In this document: piece by piece, positions 47,543 through 60,330 of the stretch | Layout of the letters: every line of letters begins with the position of its first letter | Position numbering within the stretch: the first letter of the stretch is position 1 | From: Vicugna vicugna | Taxonomy: Eukaryota | Assembly: GCA_013265495.1 (NCBI GenBank) | Contig: MU058687.1 | Location: 4,090,093-4,154,092 of the forward strand | Length of the DNA stretch: 64,000 nt | Reading direction: 5' to 3' | The notes under the pieces: generated by a model | What the model was told of the DNA's origin: nothing | What the model saw: the letters and a program-made list of their open reading frames with translations, nothing else | The model's database searches: none | Program-made: the position numbers and the translations under genes

Positions 47543-50500
47543 GTAGGAAGGGGCAGGGCTGTGTGACGGAGACTAGAAAAAAGCTTTAACTTTTCTGTAT
47601 TTTTTATTTTTATTTTTGCACTTGCATGCTTGTTGATTCTTTTGCCATTCTTCTCGTGCTTGTTGTAAGATTACATTTCTGAACAAGACACCTGTGTCAT
47701 CGATGGCTCACATCCTCCTCCTCATCGCCCCGGCCATTCACTGCACAATCATCTCAGTGATGAATTGCTCCAAGACCCTGGAGCTAAGGATGGTTTTACA
47801 AGTTGCATTTCCACTGCTACCAAAGTGACTGTCATGTCACTGGTGTGATGGTTTTTTTCCCCCCTCTCTTCTCCTTCTCCTTTTTCTCATCACCATGGAA
47901 ACCAACTGTGACATCGCAGATGCTGCATTATGTGATTACTCTGTGGGATGAGCTTCGCTGTGCAAGAGTTTATACAATGCTACACCCTTCAATAATTGGC
48001 AAGAGTTTTGTTGCAGGGAAAAATTATGACAAGAAAGGAAAAAGCAAATTGATTTTTCCTGAAATCATGTTCAATTTAAAGCCTTCTTTGGTGTGAAAGC
48101 TTATATTTCACTCTTAGCTCAGACCTCACTAATGCTCCCTTCCTCTTCATAACCTTTTACGTTTGGTTTAAATGGCTTTGTTTGTTTCTACAGCCACAGA
48201 TCAAACAAGCTGGCCTCAGGCGGTACACAGCCACTCTGGAATAGCAACAAAGGTGGGGGGTAGGGAAATGCAAATAGAAAGTTTGAGGCTGTTGAATGCC
48301 CGAACAGTCTGCCTGGCTTTCCATGGACATGTGGCAATGAAGGTCACATTCTGTGCCATCAGAAAGAGCCCTTAACCCAGAGTAGAAATTAGAGCATTTG
48401 AATTTCACGCATGTCCTGATTCTCCATTTAGGTGGTGTCATACTCAAGATGGATCTTGGCTATATTTGCCGTATTTTTGAGAATTTACTTGCCTGGTAAA
48501 CAAAAACATCCTCCTTTTGGACACTTTCTAGGTGCTTTTGGCTGATAGAAAAAGCAATAGGTTTCCCTTAATGGCTGTAACCAGGAACGGCTGAGCTCAT
48601 GGGGATGGCTTCTCCGCGTTATTCCAGCGCTAGAGATGGCAGAGATGTGCTACGTTGCCGTTGGGAGGAGCTGGAAGGGTTCTGTGCGGAGGGTGGATGG
48701 GGGCAGGTTGCAGACCTGGGCGGCTTGTTGCCCAGCAGGATGCCCTATTGATTGCCTGAAATTTGATCAGAACCAAGAGGCTTCAAATTAAATGTGCTTG
48801 TTGGCCAAGAATGAACATTTTGTTCTTTTTTAACAGAACAAATACACAGAATTTCTCCGGAGGCCAAATCTTTCGAAGTTTATTCATAAAAATGTCAGCA
48901 GGGGTGGAGCCAGAAAGCTGTCCCAGAATCAGGAAACCCTCCCTCCTCTTTGGTTTTTAAGACACTGTGTTTTGGGTCTCTGGAATTCTGTCATGGTTGG
49001 GTCTCTGGACCAACCTAGACTTTGGCACAGCTTAGAGGTCACCTATCTGTGTCACAGGCCGGCTAGAACATGTGTAATTGCCACATGTCTGTTTCTGTTT
49101 ATTTTCAACACTTTCAATTGCCTTTTCAAGTAGGGCAGTTACTATGTTTTGTTAGAACCAGTAGTAGACCCATATTTTGAGAAATATGTTTGGATTACAG
49201 AAGGTTTAAATTTTATACCTGGGCACTGTGGCATTGGTTAATACTTTGAAGTACTGGTAAATTTGATCAAAGCCTGTAAAAAGTTACTGAGTAAACAAAT
49301 ACTTTTCACATAAAAGCAGCATAACATGAAATTTTAATATGCACTGCATTTCATTTCTTCATGAGGATATTTCCTAGTATGTTTTTAGTTATAGACCCTG
49401 ATTAAAATGAATAGTTATGAAAACATAAGTGTTTTTGTATCTAAATGTGGTGCCCCCTTCCCTGCTCATCCTGAAGAATGTGACTGAGAGGTGATCTAGA
49501 GAACTTTTATCTTCATTCCCCAGCTGAGGGACTGATTCTCAAAACTTGATAAGTGCGTTCCGAGCAGTTACGGTCACACACTCAGAAGACGGATTTCCCT
49601 CAGGATGTATTTCAGACTCCACTGTTTAAATCGGTTCTGGTGCTGTTCTTATTTGGTAATAGATGCTCCTTCCCATTAGCTGGTGATCAGATTAGCTCAG
49701 TGGACATGGTGGCAGGTAAAGAAAGAAAACTGAGGAAGAGAGAAGAGACACAATCCTCAGCATCCTCATTTGTGAAACAGAGGGAATACTAACCCCTACC
49801 ACACCAGACTGTTTTGAGGATTGAGTCCTAAAAAGCACAGAAAGTACTTAAAATGGTGACCAGGACACTTCTGTTGTTACTTAGGTTTTTAAGAGATTAA
49901 AAAGCAAAAAAGACAAAAGCAGATTTCTCCTGGAGAGAACTTCCAGGGGAGAGGAGAGGGAAGCATGCCCAGGCCAAGCTTAACCCCCCAGCAGCCCCTC
50001 CTCTTTCTGCTCCTCCACCCTTGTGTTGACTTTGTGATTCAGAGTGTGTTTCACTTTCTTGATCTTATTTGGTCCTCCAGGCCTTTCAGGCTGCCCTCTT
50101 TACAGTCAAGGAAATTGAGACTCAGATTAAGTGAAGGCTGGCTGATGGATGGCTCAACTATCTTGGTACCAATAAAGCACTTTAAGCATAGTAAATAATT
50201 TTTAAAATTTCTGGCATGATGTTTGGCATGTTTGAATAGCACCTTGATTTTTACAGTTTAGGAATTGAGCTATAAAGGGGTTTAGGGGCTGGTATAGGGT
50301 CAGAAAGCCATTCAAGACTAGAATCCCAGTTCCCAAGTTTCCAGGCCAGGTTCCAGAGGTGCATCTTCCACGATCTCACGTGCCTGGTCTATCTCTGATC
50401 TCATCTCTTATTCACTCCCTCTGGCCTCCTCTATTCTAGCTGCACTCCTGCCTACCCCAGGGCCTTGGTAGGTGCCATTCCCTGTGCAATGCATATTCTT

Positions 50501-50904
50501 CCCCCTGGACTTTGCATGGTTGAATCCTTCTCAGCATCCTGGTTTCAGCTTACCTGTCATCTGCTTAGAGAAGCCTTCACCGACTTTAAAGCAGAAGCCG
50601 TGCGCTGCTGCAGCTCCCATTTCACTCTCTCCCTCCCACTTGCCATTATCCAGTTTCTCTTGTTTATTTCCTGTTCTTTTGCTCTGGAACATCAGCTCCA
50701 TGAGAGCAGGGACATGTCTGTTTAGTTCTAGGCACAGACATGAGCTTGACCAGAGTCAGAGCAGGTTCTCAGTACATGTTTGTGAAATAGATTTTAACTG
50801 GAACATGTTTCTTTATGTAGCCAAGGCCAGTGCAGAGAGTATCAGTGCGTGGGGGGAGAGAGACGGAGGAGCAGGTCCCATCCTTCCGGCGATGGTGAGA
50901 CAGT

Positions 50905-51110
50905 AATGAAGACTCAGGCAGGATTTGCAGAGCCTTATTCTGTCCCAGGTACACATATGAGCTCCTTTAATCATCACACCAACCTGTGAGGTAGGGACAG
51001 TTCTTTTCCCACTTTATTGATAGGGAAATCGAGGGCCAGGAAGGTAAAGTCACTTCAAGGTTATCCAGCCAGTACATGGTGGAGGTGTGGTTTAAACACA
51101 GGCAGGGACT
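50905..51110. mobile_element. MIR SINE
   Basis: Contains tttaatcatcacaccaacctgtgaggtagg...cccactttattgatagggaaatcgaggg. Confidence 0.72.
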
Positions 51111-51112
51111 CT

Positions 51113-51151
51113 GCTGCTGTCAACCTGTATGGTTGGCAGGTTGACAGCAGC
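51113..51151. repeat. Perfect 15-bp inverted repeat with 9-nt loop
   Basis: gctgctgtcaacctg (51113-51127), loop tatggttgg, caggttgacagcagc (51137-51151). Confidence 0.95.
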
Positions 51152-51452
51152 CGCCTCTCAGCCAAGACTTTGAGGTAGAAAAAAAGAGATCTTTCTAGGT
51201 GCTAGGCCACTGGGGTTGTTCTGGGCGGTCATCCGGGCCAGGCCGTCTTAGCTGGCAGAGATTGGAACCAAGTGCCCTACATTGTCCGTTTTACAGCATT
51301 TCGTTCCCTTGCTTGCATTGTTCTCTCCTGGCCGGGCCATACTAGTCTCACAACTCGCCTGCTAGGCTCCTTTTATTTGTTTCATCAACTGGCAGCCTCA
51401 CCTGAAATGTTTGGAGGGCTGTTAGCTCACTGTTTCTGTCCTCCCATCCCAG

Positions 51453-51836
51453 GTACCATATCAGTGAACAGCAGGCGCACGCCGTTCACCGCCAGTGGGG
51501 AGAGCGAGATCCTGGACCTGGAGGGGGACATGTACCTTGGTGGGCTGCCGGAGAACCGTGCTGGCCTTATCCTCCCCACTGAGCTCTGGACCGCCATGCT
51601 CAACTACGGCTACGTGGGCTGCATCCGTGACCTGTTCATCGACGGGCGCAGCAAAAACATCCGGCAGCTGGCGGAGATGCAGAATGCTGCGGGCGTCAAG
51701 TCCTCCTGTTCACGGATGAGCGCCAAGCAGTGTGACAGCTACCCCTGCAAGAACAACGCCGTGTGCAAGGACGGCTGGAACCGCTTCATCTGCGACTGCA
51801 CGGGCACCGGCTACTGGGGAAGAACCTGCGAGAGAG
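51453..51836 (+). CDS. NRXN3: Neurexin-3 alpha internal coding exon (384 nt, phase 1 to 1): rest of LNS3 and second EGF-like repeat
   Basis: The acceptor is ctcccatcccag|GT and the donor AGAG|gtgagt. It continues the previous exon in frame (G|GT = Gly): [31 protein letters not shown]...[35 protein letters not shown], which has the six-cysteine EGF pattern. Confidence 0.97.
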
Positions 51837-54800
51837 GTGAGTCGGCCCCTCGTGGTGTTGTGCTGGGTCTTAGTGGGATGGCCTGCTGCCACTGTGTCCC
51901 TGGATAGACCGACCTGTGCTTTCTCAGCTGTGTTCCATAGGCACTCCCTTTGGACCTCCCTGTGCTTTCTTCTGGAGAAGAATTTTCTTGGGTTCACTGC
52001 TTTCCAGATCACACCCTTTCTAGTTCTGCATGCTTGGATTTGTTTGGTTAAGGTTGGTTTGTAGAAAGGGAAACTTTAGAATAAATATTACCATGATCAT
52101 GATACTTTTTTGAGTAAGTGTTAGACGTCTTCTATTTGAGAGGGTACAATCTTTTCTTTTGGGATTCTGGGTGAGCTCGCCAACTGGCTGTTTCATTTGT
52201 TCATTTAAGTTATACTTTTTGGTGCCTTCTGCATGCTAGCTCTTGGGTTAGAGTTTAGAAACACACTATTGAACACTAAGTCCAAACACTGTTCCATGGA
52301 GCTTGCTGCCTAGTAGAATATTTAGCTGTTAAATAATTATAAACACGGTGTTTTATAAACATGGGTCTTGTAAGAGGCAGCATGATGTGTTGGTTAAGAA
52401 CGTGAATTCTGGGGCCAGACTAGGTGAATGATGTGAACTTTCTCAAGATAATATCTTTGAAACTTGATTTCCTCATGGAGTTAATCAGGTACCTGCCTCA
52501 CAATATGTTAATGATGATTAAGTTGAGTCAGGTCCCTGGACTACGGTAAGCATTTAGTAAATGTTAGTGATTGTTACAGTCATAATTACTGTCATCAACA
52601 TCATTCAAGAGAAAGTTCAGAGAAGTTTGAGAGGCCTTTGCAGGGCCACCCACCATGCTGTAGGGATTTGTAGAAAGTTTCTGCAAGAAAGAAATATGCA
52701 GGTTGAGACTCGAAATATGAATAGGAGTTAGCTTGGCAATGAGGTGGCAGGAAGCTGTGTGTCTTAGGAAGACGGAGTGTGCAGAGGGGGAAGAGACCAT
52801 GGCACAGTTGAGGAACCAAACAAAGTCCAGAATGGCCTGGAGTGTGGAGTGAGGTAGGGGGTAGAATATGAGAGGTGGCTGCAGAGGTGGGGAACAGACA
52901 GGGGGGCTGACCCTCTAGAACACCCAGTACGTTGTTCCCCATCTACCGCTTTAGCATCTTACATTTACACTGAATTTACAGTTTGGGTAAATGGCAGCGA
53001 TAAGAGTAAGGAAAGAGACAGCATCAAGACAAGGAGATCCCAGTCTAGAAGCCACATCCAGAGTGCAGCTTGGTTAATTCTTTTGTATGCCTTGCACACA
53101 GAATCCGGCTGGTTGCCCATGGGTTGTCAGCCTCTATTTCGTATGAAAAGATAATTCACATGATTATTAAGTTTTTGCCAAGGGCATGCATAGCTCCAGG
53201 GCTTTGAGGATACTGTGTCTGTAGCAGACATAGTTCCTGTTCTCTGGAAGTTTGTTCATTTAACTGAGGCGGTGAGACAGCTATACAAGAAGCAGGAGTA
53301 GAATGATACAGGGCAGCAGCATGGCCTCTGTTGGTTGGACCACTGGGGGGACACAGAGATTCAGAAAAGACTGCCCTGAGGAGGGTCATGGCAGGGCCTC
53401 ATCTCTAAAGACTGTCAGTGGCCAGAATTGTTCCAGTGTCAGAAGTCTGGTGATAAGGAGGGATCCCGGAACAGGCTTGGATAACCAGTCAAGGATTTTC
53501 AAGGAGTCATTTTTGCAAGGTCAACCTTATTGCTAGTTAAAGTATGTTTCAAGAAAACTGCACATCTTCCCTACAGCTGGACCAAAAACAGGACACAGGA
53601 TATTGGAGTAAAGGAAAGAGACATGGCTTTCTTGGGCCTCATGGAATTTAAATTCAGATTCACTGAATTTTCAAAGCAGCAACACCAGCACATGAGCTAA
53701 GATGAGGGGAACAGCCATCTGGAAGAGAAGTGGGCCTCATAGGGCTGGTCAGTCTGTCAGGCTCTTTCCAAATCCCTTTTTTTAGGGTAGACTATGTGGT
53801 GCTGGTTTGGGGAGATAGAAAGGTCATTCAGCCTCTGGGTTGCATGAGATGGTCTTGGTATAAGCCCAGGGTATGTGGGAGAAGGTGGGGTAAGAACCGA
53901 AGGTCACTTCAGACAGCTTACTTCTTTCTCTTGGGTCTCTTCCCACCTCAAGGGCCTTGTGGTGCCTGGAGACAGCTGTGCACGGTGTCTCTGAGATCAC
54001 CTATTCCAAGAGCAAATCAGTGGGAGTTGGTCCAAGATTTGCCAAATACGGTGAAAGTCATTGCACCTTTTACGTTGTCACTTCTGACTAGTCATTCAAA
54101 GGCAGCTGACTGGGGATATATGAAGGACAATTATTTCTGGTCCAGTGCGGCCAAATGAGAAGGAGCCTAGCAGACCTGACATTTTATCTATATATCGCTC
54201 AAATCCCAGACGGTCCAACTCAATTGTTTTGTCCCCCTGCTAATTGTTTGTTGGCTCTGTATTGTTCCCAATACCATGTTCAGAATGAATCAGTGGAGTA
54301 TAAAAATGATAGGACTCCACTATGTTAGCAAAGAAACTAGTTTCCCTGTGACAATGTTCTTTAATGAAACTGATTCCTCAGTGGAGATGCTTTTGAGAAT
54401 CCTGTTCATTTTGACTCAGCCCCTGATTTTGATCATGGGATGTGTAGTTATTCCGGAGAAGCAAAGGGAAAGGTGGGAAATGTCTAACCTGTGGTTGATG
54501 TCATACCTGATATCTGTAGGGGAACAGGAGGGCAGATAGATGGGAGAGGCCATGCCTATATGGGTGAGTGATGGTTGGGAAAAGGGGACCCACGTTTTCT
54601 TGGATTTTCTTGTGTATAATAAAACTAAGGCCTCTCTCTACCTCTGACCCTCAGTATCCATTAGGGGTACTTCTGAAGAGTGGTAAAGGAAAAATGATTT
54701 TAACGTTTTTTATACAAGAGCATGAGCCCCTTTGGCAAGGAATGCTGCCCCACCTCCCATAACACCATTAACATGTTCACTTAATTTACCGTTCTGATTT

Positions 54801-57800
54801 TTTTTTTCTAGAAGCATTCACCTGAAGCCTAGAATTAATCATTTGTACCAAATGTGATAAGACTTAAGACAGTCCCTAAGACAATGTGTCCCATCTAGCC
54901 TGAACTATGTCCTATACTTGGGTTTCAAAGTAGTGCCAGTTGGTAGCACTCGGTATCACTGGCCCCACAGCAGGAATGGTAGTGTTTGAAAGAGGCAGTT
55001 GTCTCTATAAAATGGAGAAAGCACAGATGGGATGCTGAAAACTGGTATTAGAGAAAAGGCAGAGTTGGATCAGACACTAGGTCAGAACAGCCCAAGGATG
55101 CAAGCAAAGGGGGCGAGCACATCAGTGTTAAGGTGCAGCCCCCCAAGTGAAAGCTGTGGGCCCAAGACAAGGAAATAAGGCGAGGGAAATGAGACATAGG
55201 GATGCATGAGACTAAGGTTCATTTGCTTGAGTTCTTCCTCTGATGGTAAAAATGAGTGATTCTTGCTTATACCCTCACTAGAGTGTTTCTACTGCCTGTG
55301 AACATGAGCAAAATTTTGACGTACAGCAATTGTTTTGATGTTGTATTTAGATATTTTTCAGCATGATCTGATGCTATTCTAAGAAGATGTAGATATATCT
55401 ACCCATCCCAGTTGTTCAACTCCAGCTGTTCTGGTTTATTTGTTCATAGTGTTGTGGGAGATCTCTTCATGACCTAAAAAGCAAAGGACTGTTTTTGCTA
55501 CTTAATGTCAGTTTGGTTGAAATTCTTTAACCTGCTTGAAGAACACCTACCATTTTGTGAGTCCCAATTGTATAGAGGAAACGTCCGTCTTGTCTATCTT
55601 AACATGACATGATCGGTTGACCTGGAATAACAGTAGAGTTTCTCCTTATCAGTGTAGCCAAACTGTTTAGTTTGATTGGTGGGCACCAACTGTCAATAGG
55701 CAAAGCTATGGATTTAATTTATTTGTGGACCATCGAGCTTCAGTTTGAGGCCACTGCAGATTCTATTCTCTTCCTAGATGGCTTTTCCTGAATGTGTGAC
55801 ATCATTTATTTAGCAAGAAATAAGATAGGACTCAGCACAAGTTCATCCCCATGACAAAAATAACCTACAGTTCAGCACTTAGTCAGGATGGCCTAGTGGT
55901 TAGTGGCATGAATTTGAGTCAGGTGGATCTTGGTTCTTGAGCTGGTTCTGTCAGTAGCTAGCTGATGTACAGCAAATCTCTCTCTCCTTTCTTTCACGCC
56001 TCGGTTCCCTTACCTGTAAAATGGGGACACCGATACTTACTAGGTAAGATTCTCTTGGTTGTAAGCTACAGAATCAACAATGGCTAACAGTCAAGGAAGA
56101 GGACTTACTGCATGATTACCTAGAGAATTATCGATCAAATGAAGATCTCACTGATTACATCTTAAAAGGGGAAGCAGAATAGCTCTGGGGTCCCCAAGGC
56201 ACTGTTCATTAAAGTGATTCATCTCTCTTGACTTAAACATTCTTGAGCTTTCCATTCATGGTTTACGTTTCCCAGAAAGAGAACCTGATTTGGTTCATCT
56301 GTCCACTCTTCTGCCTGTCGGCTCTGTTCAGGTGGGAAGTCACCTATATAGACGTGAGACCTGTACGTTCATATATAATCTTCCGGAACCATTTCCTTAG
56401 TGCTCTTTCATGGTTAAGCTTGGGGAACCCTGACCCAGAAGGCCATGTCCTGTTACAGATGTCCTACCATGTGGACTACTTCTGTCTGATAAAAAAATAT
56501 AAATATACCTATTTCCTGGGATCATGGAAGTTGGATGCCTTGAGAATATTAATTTGTAGAACCAGGAAAATGTTAGGGTAAATCTGCTCTTCTCACTGGT
56601 CCCTGGGATTCCATTCATCTGACATAAACACCAGCCAAAAACCGAGAATGCAGATGTTTTGAGTTCTCTCAAATGACCCTTGTTGCAACAGGAAAAGAAC
56701 GCAGGCAGCAGCCACTCCCCCTTCCCACTCAGGGACTTCCTCCTCAGCCAGCCCCTCTGCTGGCTGCCCTGTGCTCTTGGAGCAGCAGCAGCACGTGCTG
56801 CCTGGGAAGGGTGAGATGCTGCCTTTAGATGAGGCTAGAATGTGTCATTTGAATGCCATGTGGAAATCAGGACACCAAAAAACAGTGGAGCTGGCAGGTA
56901 CAGTTGATGTTACCTGTACCTAATCCTTATTTCCATAATCAAGGAATTGGAGGCCCTGAGACTTTAATGTCACTTTAACTTGGAGTAGCTGTAGAATGGT
57001 TAAAATTCGTAATTTCTGACTCCTAATCCATTGTACTTTTCATGACATTTGAACAGCCTTTCCTTCTCTTATATATGAAAGAGTTTAGATTGTAAGGTCA
57101 TTGAAGGAAAAACAGTGCATTGAATATGTTTGTTTTCCCTCAGCCTCCAGAACTGTGCTATACACATACTATGAGGTTATTAAATGTGGAAGGGGGGTCC
57201 TAGTCCTCTCCTCTAGGTCTCCTCCTACTCTGTATACAGCCCTTTGTGCCCTCATTCATTGCCATGGTGTCATAGGTTATCTATATGTCAGTGATTCCCT
57301 AGTCGGAATCTCTACTCTAGATCTCTGTCTGGAACCCCAGATTTCTGTATCCAGTTGTCTAGTTGATGTCTCCATTTGGATATATGATAGCTGTCTTAAT
57401 CTAACATTGAAAAATAGAAATCTTGAGTTTTTCCTCCCTGCCTTAGACTTCTTTAACTTTTAGTTTTTCCCATCTTGGTAAATGGCATCGCCATTGTCCT
57501 TGGTATTTTCCTTAACTTTTTTCCTCCCATCTCATTCCATCTCATTCAGTCTGTCTCAGCAATTTCCTGCTGTCTCCTCCTCTAGCCCATCCTGCATCTA
57601 CCCACCTCTCTCTCTCCACTACCATCATCCTAGGTCAACGTACACCAATCGCTTCTTTGGAAAACTAGATAGCATGTCATATGATTCAGAAAAGGTCAAA
57701 GTCGGTTTGTGCCCTCTTTAGAGTATTGAAGTGAAATTATTAAAATGTCTACATATTCATATTTGAAACACATACTTACCTTAAGTAGCTTTAGTTTCAG

Positions 57801-59617
57801 TGTCTTTTGGCCCCTCAAATTGTAGAAAGTGAAGCTATGATGCTTCTTTAGAATTAACTTCAGCATTCACATTGTGGTTCCATATCTCGTCTCTGTACCA
57901 GGCTTGGTGAGCTAAGTTGTGAGGATACAAATTTGTAGAAGACGTGGTTTCAGTTCTCCATGTGCTTGTAGTCTAAGTGGAGGGGATGGAGAAGTAATCC
58001 ATAAATTGTAGTGCTGTCTCCCAGGGGCCAGGATTCAGGGAATAATTGTAGGGAAGAAAGAGATTACAATTAGAAAGCAAAGTATGTCCAACAGGAGACA
58101 CCACTTTATAACTGGTTCTGGATGGATCCAGTCTGCTCGGACTAACTCATTGGTGTGGGAACAAAAGAAACCTTGGCTTCCAAGATCCAATATAACAGTG
58201 CTTGTTGCTTTCACTTGTTCCAGTGCAATTGAGTCTCTGCCCCCATCCCCCAGGAATATTTAGCCCCTTTATCTAGATATATAACCTTGAGATTCTTATT
58301 TGGATCCTCTGGTCTCTGTTCTGCAAAAATAAAATGAGGCAATTGGGTTTCACGCTCTCTCAGGGCCCTTCCAACTCTAAAACTATGTGATTCTCAAACG
58401 TCATCAGCTTGGCAGTGTCTTCTCTTATCCCGAGTAGAGGGGTCAAGGTGAGTGAAGGGCAGGACAGGAGTGCCAGTCCTCGTTCCTTGCAGTCTGCGGG
58501 ACTGTCTGGGGCAGGAGGCTCGGTTAGGTTATATCAGCACTGCAGTGAAGTTGTCATCGCTCTGATTCATTCATCTAAGAACGAATACTGTGATACACTG
58601 GGAATAGTTCAAGCCTATGGCTTATAAGCTTTAATTGATGGATTAAAGAATAGGACCTTGGATTTCTTAAAGTTAAAAAGCTATCTCTTTTTTGGTCCAT
58701 TGTTTACCCCTTGATAGGTAATGACATCTGTTAGAGAAAGGGGTTTGCTAAGAAAAGTATGATTCATCAACATGAACCTGTCCCCATTTTTCCTTACCCA
58801 TTGATACTTAAGACACACAGGTATTTCTGATGACCATAGCAGTGCTCAGATTCAGCCTCCTCTTTTTTCTCTTCCTGTTTTCCAAGTTTCCCTTTCCACA
58901 GGCCCAGGATTGTATGATCCCAACAGATTATACCATAGTTCATGAACCTAAAGAGTTATTCCTCCAGGTTGGGGTCTGAGCTTACAGCTCCTCCTGTTAC
59001 TCTAAACAGAGTCAGGGAAGAAAATTCTAGTTTTGGAAGCTTGAAGCTCCAGGGATCTTAGAAGGACAGGCCAGGAGCTTTGGGGATCTTTGAAAAATCT
59101 ATAGCTAAGCCTGTCTTCAGCCTGAGAATGTTGGGGGCAGCACTTTGGGGCAGCTCTTGACAGCTGCCTAGAACCACAACACACCTCCTGTTGGCTGTGA
59201 TTCTGTCAAATGCAGGGATGTTTCGGCCACTTACATTGCCACTCTGTACCTTTATTACTGCCTTGGCTGAAAGCTGCTTAACTGCCAGCAGACATCTGCT
59301 TATTATGGATACAATAAATTGAGATGCTGTTAAATTATGAGAAACAAGTGCTTCAAAAAGCAACACAAGAGGATTGTCATGGTCTTTTTTTTTTTTTTTT
59401 CAGCATCACAGCCTTCATGTGTTTTTTCACAGATAGATGTATCCTTCCTTGCTCTGGTCTGAAGAGGAAAGGAAAGTTCAGAGGTCTATTATTGAGAGAA
59501 ATTACATGCCTGCTTTCTGTTAAATTCTTAATGTACACTGAGCCATTTAGCCTCACGTCGACTTTGCAGGCTGCATATTCTTTGGCTTATTTTCTGGATG
59601 AATAAATTAAGGCCCCA

Positions 59618-60330
59618 GTCCATTCATTCCAAAGCATCCACTGAGTACTGTGTGCCAGGGGCTGCACTGAGCCCTCGAGATACAAGAGCATTGATTGTGA
59701 TGCTCCTCGTAAACATGTCTGTATATCCTGATGTCTGAGGAGAGGAGAAGTATCACGTGCAGTGTCACAGATTGGGTGCCACTGGAGCTGAGGCCAGGTG
59801 GAGTAGCTGGAATCTCCCAGGTAGACCAGGCAGGGGAAAGTATTCCAGGCAGAAGGAACAGATATGCAAAGGTGACTTCTATAAATAGAAGTCTTCTTCA
59901 TGGATAGAATCTAAGACTTAGGGAGTGAAGAGGGAGAATTTGAGGGGATGTTTTAGAAGGTGTGGCTGGAAGGGTGGCAGGGCCAGTTGTGAAGCGCCTT
60001 GTTTGTTCTCCCAACAAGTCTGGACCTCGTCTCATAGGAGGCACGCCCTTTTTGGCAGTGACATAACAAGGCCAGATCCCTCTGGCAAGGGATAAATGGG
60101 TTCTGGCAGACAGACCAGGGGACTGGTGTGAATTATTCCATTTTGCATTTGTATGAATTCAGGATGGGAAATAGCCCTAAATGAGATGGGGAGAATGGAG
60201 GTCGAGTCTGGGGACACCTCCAATGGATATTTAAGGGGTGATATTGATAGGATTTACTAACCAGTTGTACACAGCCGACGAGTGGCCGAGACTGGAGTAG
60301 GACAAGGGTTGTTTCTCCCCTGTGCTACTC
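59618..60330 (-). mobile_element. L2 fragment
   Basis: Contains tccattcattccaaagcatccactgagtactgtgtgccagg...attccaggcagaaggaacag...tgcaaagg. Confidence 0.65.

Noticed and set aside
47146..47589. 147-aa ORF start and stop as real gene ends
   Set aside because: The start is a TTG inside the exon, and the tail (RKGQGCV...) lies past the donor at 47543.
51272..51907. 211-aa ORF as a standalone gene
   Set aside because: Only 51453-51836 is neurexin-like and bounded by splice sites. The flanks are intronic read-through.
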